Notes: generated by a model not told the origin, from the letters alone. A DNA stretch of 62,989 bases from Acidimicrobiales bacterium (GCA_050014835.1 JBEKCO010000009.1:1-62989); one strand, 5' to 3'. Positions 52,322-62,899 are shown, counted from the stretch's first letter. Translations and numbers: made by a program.

Positions 52322-53425
52322 CTACGCAGAGGGCGCCGGGGCCGTCTGGTCCGGGGGTCGCGTCGTCGGGGCCGGCGAGACGACGGATGGCGGTCGCGCC
52401 TCTCGCCGGAGGGCCGCGAGCTGGCCGCAGGCGGCGTCGATCGTGCGGCCCCGCGTCCGGCGCACAGTGGCGTTGACGCCGTTGGCGTCGAGCCGGTGCT
52501 GGAAGGAAAGAACCCTGGTCCGGGGCGATCCGGCGAGCCCGCGGGCCATTCCACCGGGCGTCGGGTTGAGCGGGATGAGGTTGACGTGGGCGCGCAACGC
52601 GAGCGCGATCCCCGAAAGCTCGTCCGCGTCGTCGTCGGAGTCGTTTACATCGCAGATGAGCGCCCACTCGAGAGAGATCCGGCGGTGTGTCGCCTCGACG
52701 TAGTCGCGACAGGCCCTGACGAGTTCGTCGAGGGGATACCGGCGGTTCAGCGGCACGAGCGAGTCGCGCAGCGCGTCGTTGGCGGCGTGTAGCGAGACGG
52801 CGAGATTGACCTGTCGCTTCGCCTCCGTGAGTTTCCGGATCCCGGGGACGACGCCGACGGTTGACACCGTGACGTGCCGGGCGGCGATGCCGATGTCGTC
52901 GACGATCCGTTCGATCGCCCGCCAGACGTGGTCGTAGTTGGCGAGTGGTTCGCCCATCCCCATGAAAACGACGTGATCGAGCCGTCGCCCGGCGGCCCGC
53001 GCGGCCCGGCCCGCCAGCACGACCTGCTCGACGATCTCCCCGGTCGAGAGGTGCCGGGCGAAGCCGGCGTCGCCCGTCGCACAGAACGTGCAGGCCATCG
53101 CGCAGCCGGCCTGTGACGATACGCACACCGTCGAGCGGCGCGGATGGTGCATGAGCACCGCCTCGATCGCCGTGCCGTCGCCGAGGGCGAGCAGCCATTT
53201 GCGGGTCGTGCCGCCGTCCGCCGCGAGCTCGTGCACGATCCGCAGGCCGGGCGCGAGAGCAGATTCCCCCAAGAGGCGCTCCCGGAGCGCCCTCGGGAGG
53301 ACGCGCAGCTCGCCCGGCTCGGCGAGTCCGCGGTACAGGCCGTCCCAGAGCTGGTCGGCCCGGTATCGCGGCTCGTCGGCGAGGAGCTCGGCGATCTCGG
53401 AGCGCGAGAGGTCGTAGCGGCTCAT
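52322..53425 (-). CDS. rlmN: 23S rRNA/tRNA (adenine-C2)-methyltransferase RlmN (radical SAM)
   Basis: YRADQLW, CAMACTFCATG, MGMGEPLAN. ATG 53425 overlaps the mshD stop. Confidence 0.9.
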   Translation of the reverse strand: MSRYDLSRSEIAELLADEPRYRADQLWDGLYRGLAEPGELRVLPRALRERLLGESALAPGLRIVHELAADGGTTRKWLLALGDGTAIEAVLMHHPRRSTVCVSSQAGCAMACTFCATGDAGFARHLSTGEIVEQVVLAGRAARAAGRRLDHVVFMGMGEPLANYDHVWRAIERIVDDIGIAARHVTVSTVGVVPGIRKLTEAKRQVNLAVSLHAANDALRDSLVPLNRRYPLDELVRACRDYVEATHRRISLEWALICDVNDSDDDADELSGIALALRAHVNLIPLNPTPGGMARGLAGSPRTRVLSFQHRLDANGVNATVRRTRGRTIDAACGQLAALRREARPPSVVSPAPTTRPPDQTAPAPSA

Positions 53426-54330
53426 CCCGCCGGCTCCACGTCGCCCACATAGGAGCGGTCGTCGTGGTCGACGACGAAGCCGGCCGCGGCGTACAGCTCG
53501 GCGGCCGGCGCGTTGTCGGCTTCGACGTACAGCATCGCGGTCCGGAGGCCCTTCGCCGAGAGCCACTCGAGGCCGGCCCGGAGCATCCCCCGTCCGATTC
53601 CGTGGGCCTGGATCGCGGGGTCGGCGCCGAGCACGTAGATCTCGCCGACCCGCGGCTCGTCGTCGTGGATCTTGGTCCAGCAGAAGGCGGCGATCTTCCC
53701 CTCTCGCTCGTAAAGGAGGAAGCCGTCGGGATCGAACCAGGGTTGTCGTTCGCGCGCGGAGAGGGTCGCCGCCGTCCAGGAGCCCTGGTCCGGGTGCGAG
53801 GCGAAGACGCGGTTGTTGAGCTCGAGCCAGACGGACTCATCCTCGCCGACCCGGAAGGGGCGGGTCGCCAGCGGCGCCGATCCGTCGGGTTCCAGGGGCA
53901 GCGGCCGCCTCATCTGGTGCAGCTCACGGTCGCAGGTGAGGCCGACGGAGGCCGCGATCTCGTCGCTCGTCGCCGTCGCCATCCGCACCCAGCACCGGAC
54001 GTGGCCGCCGCCTCGACGCGCGACGATGTCGAGCGCCGCGCGACAAAGCGCCTGGCCGGTCGCGAGGCCGCCGGTGAGCGCGGGGTCGAGGACGTAGGCG
54101 AGCTGCCAGGAACCTGGTTCCCCGTCCAGCTGTGCGTAACCGACGACGCGACCTGAGCCCGGATCGCGCGCGACGAACCCCGCGGAGCCCGCCGGGCGGC
54201 CCGCGACGAGTGCGTCCCAGCTGTCGTCGTCGATCGGCCGACTCCCGGACGCGTCCCGGACCGACTGCAGGAATGTGGTGATCCCCGGCCCGTCCTCGTC
54301 GTCGCGTCGCGCAACCTCGACTTGGCCCAT
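53422..54330 (-). CDS. mshD: Mycothiol synthase (two-domain GNAT)
   Basis: FCWTKIHDDEPRVGEIYVLGADPAIQAHGIGRGML...LYVEADNAPAAELY. ATG 54330. Confidence 0.8.
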   Translation of the reverse strand: MGQVEVARRDDEDGPGITTFLQSVRDASGSRPIDDDSWDALVAGRPAGSAGFVARDPGSGRVVGYAQLDGEPGSWQLAYVLDPALTGGLATGQALCRAALDIVARRGGGHVRCWVRMATATSDEIAASVGLTCDRELHQMRRPLPLEPDGSAPLATRPFRVGEDESVWLELNNRVFASHPDQGSWTAATLSARERQPWFDPDGFLLYEREGKIAAFCWTKIHDDEPRVGEIYVLGADPAIQAHGIGRGMLRAGLEWLSAKGLRTAMLYVEADNAPAAELYAAAGFVVDHDDRSYVGDVEPAG

Positions 54331-54397
54331 GACCCGAGGGTACCGGCCGGTGCGAGGAGAAGGAGGGGGAGAGGCGGTCTCGCTACCATCGGCCGCA

Positions 54398-55108
54398 GTG
54401 GCGAAGCCGAGGAGCACCGCGGGCCGGGCGCGGGTCGTCCTCGAACGTCTCGCCGCGCAATACCCGGGGGATGCCGCGACGCTCTGCGCTCTCCGGCACG
54501 ACGGGGCGTTCCAGCTTCTCGTGGCGACGATCCTCTCGGCCCAGACGACCGACGAGCGGGTGAACCTTGTCACCCCGGTGCTGTTCGCGCGCTATCCGAG
54601 CCCGGAGGATCTCGCCGGAGCGGATCCGGACGAGCTCGAGGACATCATCCATTCGACGGGTTTTTTCCGCGCCAAGGCGCGAGCGCTCACGGGCATGGCG
54701 CAGGCGCTCGCCCGCGAGTTCTCCGGCGCGGTGCCGCGCACCCTCGACGAGCTGGTGACCCTGCCGGGGGTGGGGCGAAAGACGGCGAACGTCGTGCTCT
54801 CCGTCGCGTTCGGGCTGCCGGGTCTGCCCGTCGATACCCACGTCGGCCGACTCGCCCGGCGCCTCGGGCTGAGCAGCGCCGAGGACCCGGTCGTCGTCGA
54901 ACACGACTTGTGCGCGATCGTCCCGCCCGCCGAGTGGGGTGCTTTCAGCGTCCGGCTGATCCTCCACGGTCGCAATGTCTGCGACGCCCGACGGCCGCGC
55001 TGCGATGCATGCGCGCTCGTCGACGTCTGTCCGCGGGTCGGTGTCGGGTGCCCGACCTCCGCGTCGCGCCCGATCAGATCATCGGCGCGCCGCCGGGGCG
55101 GAAGCTAG
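54398..55108 (+). CDS. nth: Endonuclease III
   Basis: LVATILSAQTTD, HhH LPGVGRKTANVVL, VDTHVGRL, Fe-S cluster CDARRPRCDACALVDVC. Start uncertain (54329, 54350 or 54398). Confidence 0.85.
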   Translation: MAKPRSTAGRARVVLERLAAQYPGDAATLCALRHDGAFQLLVATILSAQTTDERVNLVTPVLFARYPSPEDLAGADPDELEDIIHSTGFFRAKARALTGMAQALAREFSGAVPRTLDELVTLPGVGRKTANVVLSVAFGLPGLPVDTHVGRLARRLGLSSAEDPVVVEHDLCAIVPPAEWGAFSVRLILHGRNVCDARRPRCDACALVDVCPRVGVGCPTSASRPIRSSARRRGGS

Positions 55109-55299
55109 CGGCGCTCCGCGTTGATGAGGCGCTTCAGCCGTCTCGTCGCGCCGGCAAGGGCGCGCTCGACGGCGTAGAGATCGGCGGCGGGCTCGTCTCT
55201 CTTCGCGGCCTTTGCCGCGTCGCCCATCTTCCCGACGCGGCGCGCCAGCGCGTCCATCGACTCGGCCATCGAGGCGAGTTCCGAGTAGTCGATCGGCAC
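55105..55299 (-). CDS. Small helical hypothetical protein (64 aa)
   Basis: Host-like codon usage; fills the gap between nth and hisD; no motif. Confidence 0.4.
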   Translation of the reverse strand: MPIDYSELASMAESMDALARRVGKMGDAAKAAKRDEPAADLYAVERALAGATRRLKRLINAERR

Positions 55300-55358
55300 C
55301 TCCCCATCCTTACCGACCGCACCGGGGCGTGGATCGGTCGTTCGCTACGCTCGGCGAC

Positions 55359-56660
55359 GTGCTCACCACGCTCGACCTCCGCGGGACGTCACCTGACGTG
55401 CCTTCCGACCTGCCGCGCCCGGATCAGGCGGGTGACGAGCCCGTCGCCGGCGTGCGGGCGATCCTCGCCGAGGTCGCCCGGCGCGGTGACGAGGCGTTGC
55501 GCGAGCTGACCCGCCGCTTCGACGGCGTCGAGATCGGCGAGCTGCGCGTGCCCGTCTCCGAGGTTCGTGCCGCCCCCGACCGGGTCGGCGCCGAGCTCGC
55601 CTCGGCGCTACGGGCTGCGGCGGGGGCGATCGAGGCCTTCCACCGGAACGGTCTCGCCGCTCCCCAGACTTTCGCGAAGGACGGCGTCGAGATCACCGAT
55701 CTCTTGCTCCCCGTCGACCGGGTCGGCGTCTACGCGCCGGGCGGGCGGGCGACCTACCCCTCGAGCGTGCTGATGACGGCGATCCCGGCCCGTGTCGCCG
55801 GCGTCGGAACGATCGCCTGCTGCGCGCCGCCGGGACCCGACGGCGCGGTCGCGACGACGATCCTCGCCGCCGCGGCGATCGCCGGCGTGGACGAGGTCTA
55901 CCGGGTCGGCGGGGCCCAGGCGATCGGAGCCCTCGCCTACGGGACCGAGTCGATCCGCAAGGTCGACGTCGTCGTCGGGCCGGGTTCGAAATGGGTCTCG
56001 ATCGCCGAGCGCGAGGTGCGCGGCACGGTCGGCGTGCCGGCGGCCTTCGCCGGCCCGTCCGAGGTCGTCGTCGTCGCCGATGGGACGGCGCCGGTCGAGT
56101 GGGCGGCGATCGACGTCATCGTCCAGGCCGAGCACGGCCCGGACGGGTTCGCCTGGCTGGTCACCTGGTCCGAGGAGGTTGCCGCCGCGGTCTCGGAGTC
56201 CGTGGCACGCCTCGTCGCGGCGTCCCCGCGGGGCGACGAGACGCGGGCGGCGCTCGAGTCCGGCGGCTACGCGGTCATCGTCGACGACCCCGAGCACGCC
56301 ATGGCCGTCGTGAACGCGATCGCGCCCGAACACCTCGAGCTCATGGTCGAGGACCCCGGTCGTCTCGTCGCCCTCGTGCGCAACGCCGGGGCCGTCTTCG
56401 TCGGACCCTTCGCGCCGGCGTCGTTCGGGGACTACCTCGCCGGCCCGAGCCACGTGCTCCCGACGTTCGGCACGGCGCGCTTCGCGTCGGTGCTCGGCGT
56501 CGAGGACTTCCTGCGACGCTCGCACGTCATCTCGTTCACCGAGAAAGCCGCGCGCCGCGTCGCTCCCGACGTCGCGGCGATCGCGGACGCAGAACGGCTC
56601 CCGGCCCACGCCGAGTCGGCGCGCCTGCGGGCCGGCAAGCCAACCTGGAGCGCCAGGTGA
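55359..56660 (+). CDS. hisD: Histidinol dehydrogenase
   Basis: YAPGGRATYPSSVLM, QAEHGPDG, GDYLAGPSHVLPT. GTG 55359. Confidence 0.95.
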   Translation: MLTTLDLRGTSPDVPSDLPRPDQAGDEPVAGVRAILAEVARRGDEALRELTRRFDGVEIGELRVPVSEVRAAPDRVGAELASALRAAAGAIEAFHRNGLAAPQTFAKDGVEITDLLLPVDRVGVYAPGGRATYPSSVLMTAIPARVAGVGTIACCAPPGPDGAVATTILAAAAIAGVDEVYRVGGAQAIGALAYGTESIRKVDVVVGPGSKWVSIAEREVRGTVGVPAAFAGPSEVVVVADGTAPVEWAAIDVIVQAEHGPDGFAWLVTWSEEVAAAVSESVARLVAASPRGDETRAALESGGYAVIVDDPEHAMAVVNAIAPEHLELMVEDPGRLVALVRNAGAVFVGPFAPASFGDYLAGPSHVLPTFGTARFASVLGVEDFLRRSHVISFTEKAARRVAPDVAAIADAERLPAHAESARLRAGKPTWSAR

Positions 56661-57754
56661 GCCCCGGCGGTTCCCGCAACGCGCCCCGGCCGCGTCTCGC
56701 AGGAGCCCCCTGGTCCGGCTACCACTCGCCGCAGGTCGAGGTGGCGGTCCGGCTGAACACGAACGAGGCGCCGGAGCCGCCGCCGCCCGAGTTCGTCGCC
56801 GCGCTCGCCGCCGCCGTCGGGGAGGTGGCGCTCAACCGCTACCCGGACCGGCGGGCGACCCGGCTACGGGAGGCGATCGCCGGGCTCCACGGGCTCGGTG
56901 CGGACCAGGTCTTCTGCGCCAACGGCTCGAACGAGGTCATCCAGTCGCTCCTCCTCGCCTACGGCGGGCCCGGGCGGAGCTGCGCGTTGTTCGAGCCGAC
57001 CTACGCGCTGCACAGCCATATCGCGCGGCTCACCTCGACCCGGATCGTCGAGGGCGAACGGGGGCCCGGCTACCTCATCGAACCCGCCGAGCTCGACCGG
57101 GTGCTCGCCGCCGCGGCCGCGTCCGACGACGGCGAGCCGGCGGTCGTCTTCCTGTGCTCCCCGAACAACCCGACGGGGCTCGTCGAGCCGGACGAGACCG
57201 TCGAGGCGGTGCTCGCCCGCGCCCCGGGGATCGTCGTCGTCGACGAGGCGTACATCCAGTTCGCGCGCCACTCGGCGGTCGCGCTCCTCACCGGCCACGA
57301 CAACCTTGTCGTGCTGCGGACCTACTCGAAGACCTGGGCGCTCGCCGGGCTCCGCCTCGGCTACGCGCTCGGCGCGCCCGCGGTCGTCGAGGCGTTGTTT
57401 TCCGCGGCGCTCCCGTACCACGTCGACGCCCTGAAGCAGATGGCGGGGACGATCGCCCTGCAGTTCACCGCGGCGATGGACGACCGGGTCGCGCGTCTCG
57501 TCGCCGAGCGGGCCCGCGTGCTCACCGGCCTCGCGGCGCTCGGGCTCGCGGCGGTCCCATCGGAGTCGAACTTCATCTTGTTCTCGACCGGCGACCACGA
57601 CGCCCACGAGGTCTGGGAGGGGCTCGTCGCGCGCTCGGTCCTCGTGCGCGACCTGTCGGGCTGGCCGCGGCTCGCCGGGAAGTTGCGCGTGACGATCGGC
57701 ACCGGCGCGGAGAACGACGCCTTCCTCGACGCGCTCGCCGACGTGATCGGCTGA
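56657..57754 (+). CDS. hisC: Histidinol-phosphate aminotransferase
   Basis: RLNTNE, NRYPD, CSPNNPTG, YSKTWALAGLRLGY. GTGA overlap with hisD. Confidence 0.9.
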   Translation: MSPGGSRNAPRPRLAGAPWSGYHSPQVEVAVRLNTNEAPEPPPPEFVAALAAAVGEVALNRYPDRRATRLREAIAGLHGLGADQVFCANGSNEVIQSLLLAYGGPGRSCALFEPTYALHSHIARLTSTRIVEGERGPGYLIEPAELDRVLAAAAASDDGEPAVVFLCSPNNPTGLVEPDETVEAVLARAPGIVVVDEAYIQFARHSAVALLTGHDNLVVLRTYSKTWALAGLRLGYALGAPAVVEALFSAALPYHVDALKQMAGTIALQFTAAMDDRVARLVAERARVLTGLAALGLAAVPSESNFILFSTGDHDAHEVWEGLVARSVLVRDLSGWPRLAGKLRVTIGTGAENDAFLDALADVIG

Positions 57755-57794
57755 GGGCGCCTTCCGGGAGCCGCGTCCGGCGACGCGCGAGGCT

Positions 57795-58424
57795 GTGCCG
57801 ATGGCGAAGAAGAGCACCGAGACGACCGCCCCGCGCCGGCGCGCCGAGCGGCATCGCAAGACGAAAGAGAGCGACATCGCAGTCGAGCTCGAGCTCGACG
57901 GGACGGGTCGGGTCGAGATCGCGACGGGACTGCCGTTTTTCGACCACATGCTCAGCCAGCTCGGCACGCACGCCGGGTTCGACCTTGTCGTCCGGGCGAC
58001 GGGCGACCTCCACGTCGACGCCCACCACACCGTCGAGGACACCGGGATCGCGCTCGGCGAGGCGCTGGCGGCGGCGTTCGGGGACAAGGCGGGCATCCGC
58101 CGGTTCGCCTCGGTCGCCGTACCGCTCGACGAGGCGCTCGTCGACATCGCGCTCGACGTCTCGGGCCGGGCGTACCTCGACTACCGGATCGAGTTCGCGC
58201 CGGACACCCCGGGGCTCGGCACGCCGCCTTTCGACCCGCAGCTCGCCGAGGAGTTCTGGCGGGCGTTCGTCACCGCGGCGGCGCTCACGCTGCATGTCGA
58301 CTCGCCCCACGGCAAGAACACGCACCACGTCCTCGAGGCCTCGTTCAAGGCCGTCGCCCGGGCGCTCCGGGACGCGAAGCGCGTCGAGGGCGGCGCCGTG
58401 CCCTCGACGAAAGGGGTCCTCTAG
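57795..58424 (+). CDS. hisB: Imidazoleglycerol-phosphate dehydratase
   Basis: GLPFFDHML, DAHHTVEDTGIALG, HHVLEASFKA. Confidence 0.95.
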   Translation: MPMAKKSTETTAPRRRAERHRKTKESDIAVELELDGTGRVEIATGLPFFDHMLSQLGTHAGFDLVVRATGDLHVDAHHTVEDTGIALGEALAAAFGDKAGIRRFASVAVPLDEALVDIALDVSGRAYLDYRIEFAPDTPGLGTPPFDPQLAEEFWRAFVTAAALTLHVDSPHGKNTHHVLEASFKAVARALRDAKRVEGGAVPSTKGVL

Positions 58425-58427
58425 GCC

Positions 58428-59066
58428 GTGATCGCGGTGCTCGACTACGGGATCGGCAACCTGCGCTCGGCCGAGAAGGCGCTGTTGCACGTCGGGGCCG
58501 AGGCGCGCCTCGTCGCGTCGCCCGCCGAGGCGGACTCGGCGGTGGGGGTCGTGCTCCCGGGCGTCGGCAACTTCGGCGCCTGCGCGACGGCGCTGCGGGC
58601 GAGCGGGCTCGACCGGGTGGTAACCGACGCGGTCGCGGCCGGCAAACCGATGCTCGGCGTCTGCGTCGGCTTCCAGCTGTTGTTCGAGGACTCCGAGGAG
58701 AGCCCGGGGGTCGCCGGGCTCGGCGTGTTCGAGGGCACGGTCGCGCGTCTCGCCGGCGCGGAGAAGCTCCCCCAGATGCAGTGGAACGCGCTCGACCGGA
58801 CACCGGGCCGCGACTCGGTCCTTCTCGCCGGGCTCGCCGAGCACCCCTGGTTCTACTTCGTCCACTCCTACGCGCCCGTACCGGGCGACGAAAGCCGCGA
58901 CGCGGTCGTCGCGACCTGTGACTACGGGGGCCCGGTCGTCGCCGTCGTCGAGCGCGGGAACTGCTTCGGGTCGCAATTCCACCCGGAGAAGTCCGGCGAC
59001 TCGGGACTCGCGGTCCTCGCCAACTTCGCGGCCCGCTGCGCGGCGCCCGGTGTCGTGCGAAGCTAG
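58428..59066 (+). CDS. hisH: Imidazole glycerol phosphate synthase, glutaminase subunit
   Basis: [23 protein letters not shown]. Confidence 0.95.
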   Translation: MIAVLDYGIGNLRSAEKALLHVGAEARLVASPAEADSAVGVVLPGVGNFGACATALRASGLDRVVTDAVAAGKPMLGVCVGFQLLFEDSEESPGVAGLGVFEGTVARLAGAEKLPQMQWNALDRTPGRDSVLLAGLAEHPWFYFVHSYAPVPGDESRDAVVATCDYGGPVVAVVERGNCFGSQFHPEKSGDSGLAVLANFAARCAAPGVVRS

Positions 59067-59074
59067 CCGGGGCG

Positions 59075-59833
59075 GTGGCGATGGAGTGCATCCCGGCGGT
59101 CGACATCCGCGGCGGACAGGCCGTGCGGCTCGTGCGCGGCGAGTTCTCCCAGGAGACCGCCTATGGCGATCCCGTCGAGCGTGCGCTCGCCTACGCCCGG
59201 GGCGGCGCGGCCCTCCTCCACGTCGTCGACCTCGACGCGGCGCGCACGGGCCACCCCGTCAACGGCGAGGTCGTGCGCGAGATCGTCCGCCAGGCCCCGA
59301 TCCAGGTGCAGTGCGGCGGGGGAGTGCGCACGATCGAGGCCGCCGACGCGCTGTTCGGGATGGGCGTCGGGCGTGTCGTCGTCGGCACGGCGGGCCTCGA
59401 GGACCCCGAGTTCGCGCGCCGTCTCGCCAAGCGCTACCCCGACCGCGTGCTCGTCGGGCTCGACCACCGCCGCGCGACGGTCGGCGGGAGGACGATCCGC
59501 GAGCTCGCCGTGCGGGGATGGGAGGAGTCAACCGGCGTCGATCTGGCCGCGGCGCTGCGTCGGCTCGCCGAGCTGCCGATCGCCGGCGTCGTCGTCACCG
59601 ACATCTCCCGCGACGGCACTCTCGAGGGGCCCGACCTCGAGGGTCTGCGGTACGTGCTCGGCGAGACGCGGTTCCCGGTCTTCGCCTCCGGCGGGGTCGG
59701 GGGCGTCGCCGACCTCGTCGCGCTGCGCGGGCTCGTGGTGCTCGACCGCCGGCTCGCCGGGGTGATCGTCGGGCGCGCCTTCGCCGCGGGCGAGCTCGAC
59801 GTCGCGGAGGCCGTCGCGACATGCGCAGTCTGA
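59075..59833 (+). CDS. hisA: Phosphoribosyl isomerase HisA (probably PriA-type, as in Actinobacteria)
   Basis: [28 protein letters not shown]. Confidence 0.9.
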   Translation: MAMECIPAVDIRGGQAVRLVRGEFSQETAYGDPVERALAYARGGAALLHVVDLDAARTGHPVNGEVVREIVRQAPIQVQCGGGVRTIEAADALFGMGVGRVVVGTAGLEDPEFARRLAKRYPDRVLVGLDHRRATVGGRTIRELAVRGWEESTGVDLAAALRRLAELPIAGVVVTDISRDGTLEGPDLEGLRYVLGETRFPVFASGGVGGVADLVALRGLVVLDRRLAGVIVGRAFAAGELDVAEAVATCAV

Positions 59834-60579
59834 GGATCATCCCGTGCCTCGACGTCGACCACGGTCGCGTCGTGAAGGGGGTGAACTTCGTCGGCCTGCG
59901 TGACGCGGGCGACCCCGTCGAGCTCGCCCGCCGATACGACGCCGAGGGTGCCGACGAGCTCATCTTTCTGGACATCACCGCCTCGTCGGACGATCGAGCG
60001 ATCCTCATCGACGTCGTCCGGCGCACTGCCGACGTGGTCTTCATCCCGCTCACCGTCGGGGGCGGGATCCGCAGCCTCGACGACGCTCGCCAGATCCTGC
60101 GTGCCGGGGCGGACAAGGTCGCCGTCAACTCCGCGGCGATCGCGCGTCCCGCCCTCGTCGCCGAGATCGCCGGGGTCTTCGGCAACCAGTGCGTCGTCGT
60201 GGCGATCGACGCCCGGCGCGCCGGCGCGGGCTACGAGGTCTTCTCCCACGGCGGGCGCCGGCCGACCGGCCTCGACGCCGTCGCCTGGGCCGCCGAGGTC
60301 GAGCGTTTGGGCGCGGGAGAGATCCTGCTCACCTCCATGGACCGCGACGGGACCGAGTCCGGCTACGACGCCGAGCTCGTCGGCCGCGTGGTGGGGGCGG
60401 TCGGCGTGCCGGTCATCGCCTCGGGCGGCGTCGGCAACCTCGGACACCTCGTCGAGGGGGCGGGCGCCGGCGCCGACGCCGTGCTCGCCGCGTCCGTGTT
60501 CCACTACGGCGCGACGACGATCGCCGAGGCGAAGCGGTACCTCGCCGCGAACGGCGTCGTCGTCCGTCCCCCCGGCTAG
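59821..60579 (+). CDS. hisF: Imidazole glycerol phosphate synthase, cyclase subunit
   Basis: [35 protein letters not shown]. Confidence 0.95.
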   Translation: MRSLRIIPCLDVDHGRVVKGVNFVGLRDAGDPVELARRYDAEGADELIFLDITASSDDRAILIDVVRRTADVVFIPLTVGGGIRSLDDARQILRAGADKVAVNSAAIARPALVAEIAGVFGNQCVVVAIDARRAGAGYEVFSHGGRRPTGLDAVAWAAEVERLGAGEILLTSMDRDGTESGYDAELVGRVVGAVGVPVIASGGVGNLGHLVEGAGAGADAVLAASVFHYGATTIAEAKRYLAANGVVVRPPG

Positions 60580-60619
60580 GGCGACCCGGCGCCACCGGGC
60601 GCGCACTACCGTCGTGGGC

Positions 60620-60979
60620 ATGGCGGTCGCCCCATCGTCGCGGCGCGGTGACAAGACACCGGGTGCCGTGAAGCAACCGATCACGATGGTGAACGACCGC
60701 GTGCTCGTCCAGGTACCGGACCCCGAGGGCGAGCGGCGCAGTCGCGCCGGGATCTTGATCCCGGCGACGGCGCAGATCACGAAGCGGCTCACCTGGGCCG
60801 AGGTCGCGGCGACGGGGCCGAACGTGCGCAGCATCAAGGTCGGCGACAAGGTGCTGTTCAACCGGGACGACTGCTTCGAGGTCGACGTGCAGGGCGAGGA
60901 CTACCTCATCCTGCGCGAGCGCGACGTCCAGGCGCTCGCGACCGAGCGGCTCGACGGCGGGACCGGCCTGTACCTTTGA
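60620..60979 (+). CDS. GroES (Cpn10)-like family protein
   Basis: [11 protein letters not shown]...[12 protein letters not shown]...[22 protein letters not shown]...YLILRERDV. Confidence 0.7.
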   Translation: MAVAPSSRRGDKTPGAVKQPITMVNDRVLVQVPDPEGERRSRAGILIPATAQITKRLTWAEVAATGPNVRSIKVGDKVLFNRDDCFEVDVQGEDYLILRERDVQALATERLDGGTGLYL

Positions 60980-61004
60980 CCCGGACGACGAGGGGGACCA
61001 CACC

Positions 61005-61367
61005 GTGACCGACGGAACCGGCGCGCCGGCGGGGATCGAGCTCGCCGACTTCGACATCGTGCGATTCGGGCCGGGCGGGCTCGTCCCGGCGATCGTGCAG
61101 GACGCGACCTCGCACGAGGTCCTGATGGTCGCCTACATGAACGAGGAGTCGCTCCGGCGCACCCTCGAGACGAAAAGGACGTGGTTCTACTCGCGCAGCC
61201 GCCGCGAGCTCTGGCCGAAGGGGGAGACCTCGGGCAACCGCCAGCGGGTGCGGGCCGTGCTCGTCGACTGCGACGGCGACGCGCTCGTCGTCACGGTCGA
61301 CCAGGAAGGCTCCGGCGCCTGCCACACCGGCGCGCGCAGCTGCTTCATGCGCCGGCTCGCCGTCTAG
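61005..61367 (+). CDS. hisI: Phosphoribosyl-AMP cyclohydrolase
   Basis: [53 protein letters not shown]. Confidence 0.9.
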   Translation: MTDGTGAPAGIELADFDIVRFGPGGLVPAIVQDATSHEVLMVAYMNEESLRRTLETKRTWFYSRSRRELWPKGETSGNRQRVRAVLVDCDGDALVVTVDQEGSGACHTGARSCFMRRLAV

Positions 61368-61376
61368 TCGGCCGCC

Positions 61377-62285
61377 GTGGCCGCGGGGTCCCTCGGGCTC
61401 GCCGAGACGTACGCCGCGCTCCACGACGCGGTCGTCGGGATCGAGGTCGGCATCGACGTGGTTTCGGTCTCCGGCCCGGACGCGATGAGCTACCTGCAGG
61501 GCCAGGTCTCCCAGGATCTCGGCCCCTTGGCCCCGGGCGACAGCGCCGAGACGCTCCTGCTCTCGCCCCAGGGCAAGCTCGACGGCTACGGCCGGGTCGT
61601 GCGCGTCGCCGACGCCGAGGCATGCCTCGTCGTTGACGCCGGCCAGGGCGAGGCGGTCCTCGCGCGCCTTGCCCGCTTCAAGGTCCGCGTCCGCGCCGAT
61701 CTCGGGTTGGCCCACGAGCGAGCGGTGCTTCTGCGGGGACCGGCGGCGCGACCGGCCGCGTCGGCGGCCACGGCGCCGATCGTCCTCGCCGTCGACGATC
61801 CCGGGTTCGCCGGCTGCGACCTCGTCGGCACCGCGGTGACGTGGCCGGCCGACGTGCCGGTGGGCGACCCCGCGGCCTTCGAGGCGGCGCGTATCGAGTC
61901 GGGCCGGCCGGTCATGGGACAGGACCTTTCCGAGAAGACCATCCCCCAGGAGGCCGGGCTCGTCGAGCGCGCCGTCAGCCTGACGAAGGGTTGCTACACG
62001 GGCCAGGAGCTCGTCGCGCGCCTCGACGCCCGCCACAGCCGTGTCGCGCGCCGGCTCGTCGGTTTCGTCATCGCCCCCGGCGACGCCGCCGCGGGCGGCG
62101 AGGTCGTCATCGGGGGGAGGACCGTCGGTTCCGTCACGAGCGTCGCCTACTCGCCGCGCACGGCATCACCGGTCGCGCTCGGCTATCTCCACCGCGACGT
62201 CGTCGTCCCCGCCACAGTCGAGATCGTCAACGGGGACGCGGCGTCGACCGCCACGGCGACCGAGCTGCCGCTGTGGCGGGGCTGA
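61377..62285 (+). CDS. ygfZ: Folate-binding YgfZ/CAF17 family protein (GcvT-like)
   Basis: GPDAMSYLQGQVSQDL and the family signature KGCYTGQELVAR. Confidence 0.8.
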   Translation: MAAGSLGLAETYAALHDAVVGIEVGIDVVSVSGPDAMSYLQGQVSQDLGPLAPGDSAETLLLSPQGKLDGYGRVVRVADAEACLVVDAGQGEAVLARLARFKVRVRADLGLAHERAVLLRGPAARPAASAATAPIVLAVDDPGFAGCDLVGTAVTWPADVPVGDPAAFEAARIESGRPVMGQDLSEKTIPQEAGLVERAVSLTKGCYTGQELVARLDARHSRVARRLVGFVIAPGDAAAGGEVVIGGRTVGSVTSVAYSPRTASPVALGYLHRDVVVPATVEIVNGDAASTATATELPLWRG

Positions 62286-62477
62286 TCTCCCGCGCGGCCG
62301 AGAAGCTGCGCGGACCGGGGTCGCAGATCAAGTATTCGCGCGTTGCACGCATGGCGTCGCGCCGCAGGGACGCGTCCGGATTGCCCCGTCATGGTGCGAT
62401 GTACGGGTGGTCGGGTCGCCCTTTCGCCAGGGCAGCCACGATGCGGCTCCCTGGCCCTGTCGGGCGGCACTTGGTAG

Positions 62478-62640
62478 GTGAGCAAGGCCGCGCGCTTCGC
62501 CGCCCGTGGCCGTCCTGGCCGTGCTGGCGGCCTTGAGCCTCCTGGTGACAGCCTGCGGGGGCACCACCCGCTCGGGAGTCGCGAGCATCGGGTCGACAAC
62601 CACGACCACCCCGTCGAGCGCTTCCGCGACAGGTTCTTAA
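62478..62640 (+). pseudogene. Lipoprotein gene fragment, signal peptide split by a 1-nt indel and body missing
   Basis: GTG 62478 gives MSKAARFAA. The next frame reads VAVLAVLAALSLLVTACGGTTRSG...TTTTTPSSASATGS to a stop at 62638-62640. Confidence 0.35.
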
Positions 62641-62899
62641 TGTCGCCAGTACCTGGGCCTGGGGGGTTCGCGTCGGAGGAGCGATGTCCACGATCTCCGA
62701 CTGGCGGCTTGAGCCGTGGGCCGGGACCTTACCGGCGATCTGGGATACCGGCACGGGCCACGGGTTGAGGTTGTGTCACCGGCCGGACAGACTCAGCAGA
62801 TGTGGGAACGGTGCAGCCACCGGGTGATGTCCGAAGTGTTCTGGCCGACGAACTCGACAGTCTGCGCCTAAGCGCTCGCCGCGGAATTGATCGCGTGAT

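Noticed and set aside
55212-55358. N-terminal extension of hisD, and similar extensions of alaS, hisS, hisC, hisF, AKR and LLM in the ORF track
   Set aside because: The extensions are Arg/Pro/Ser-rich and overlap upstream genes. Conserved family N-termini begin at the internal starts listed in the features.
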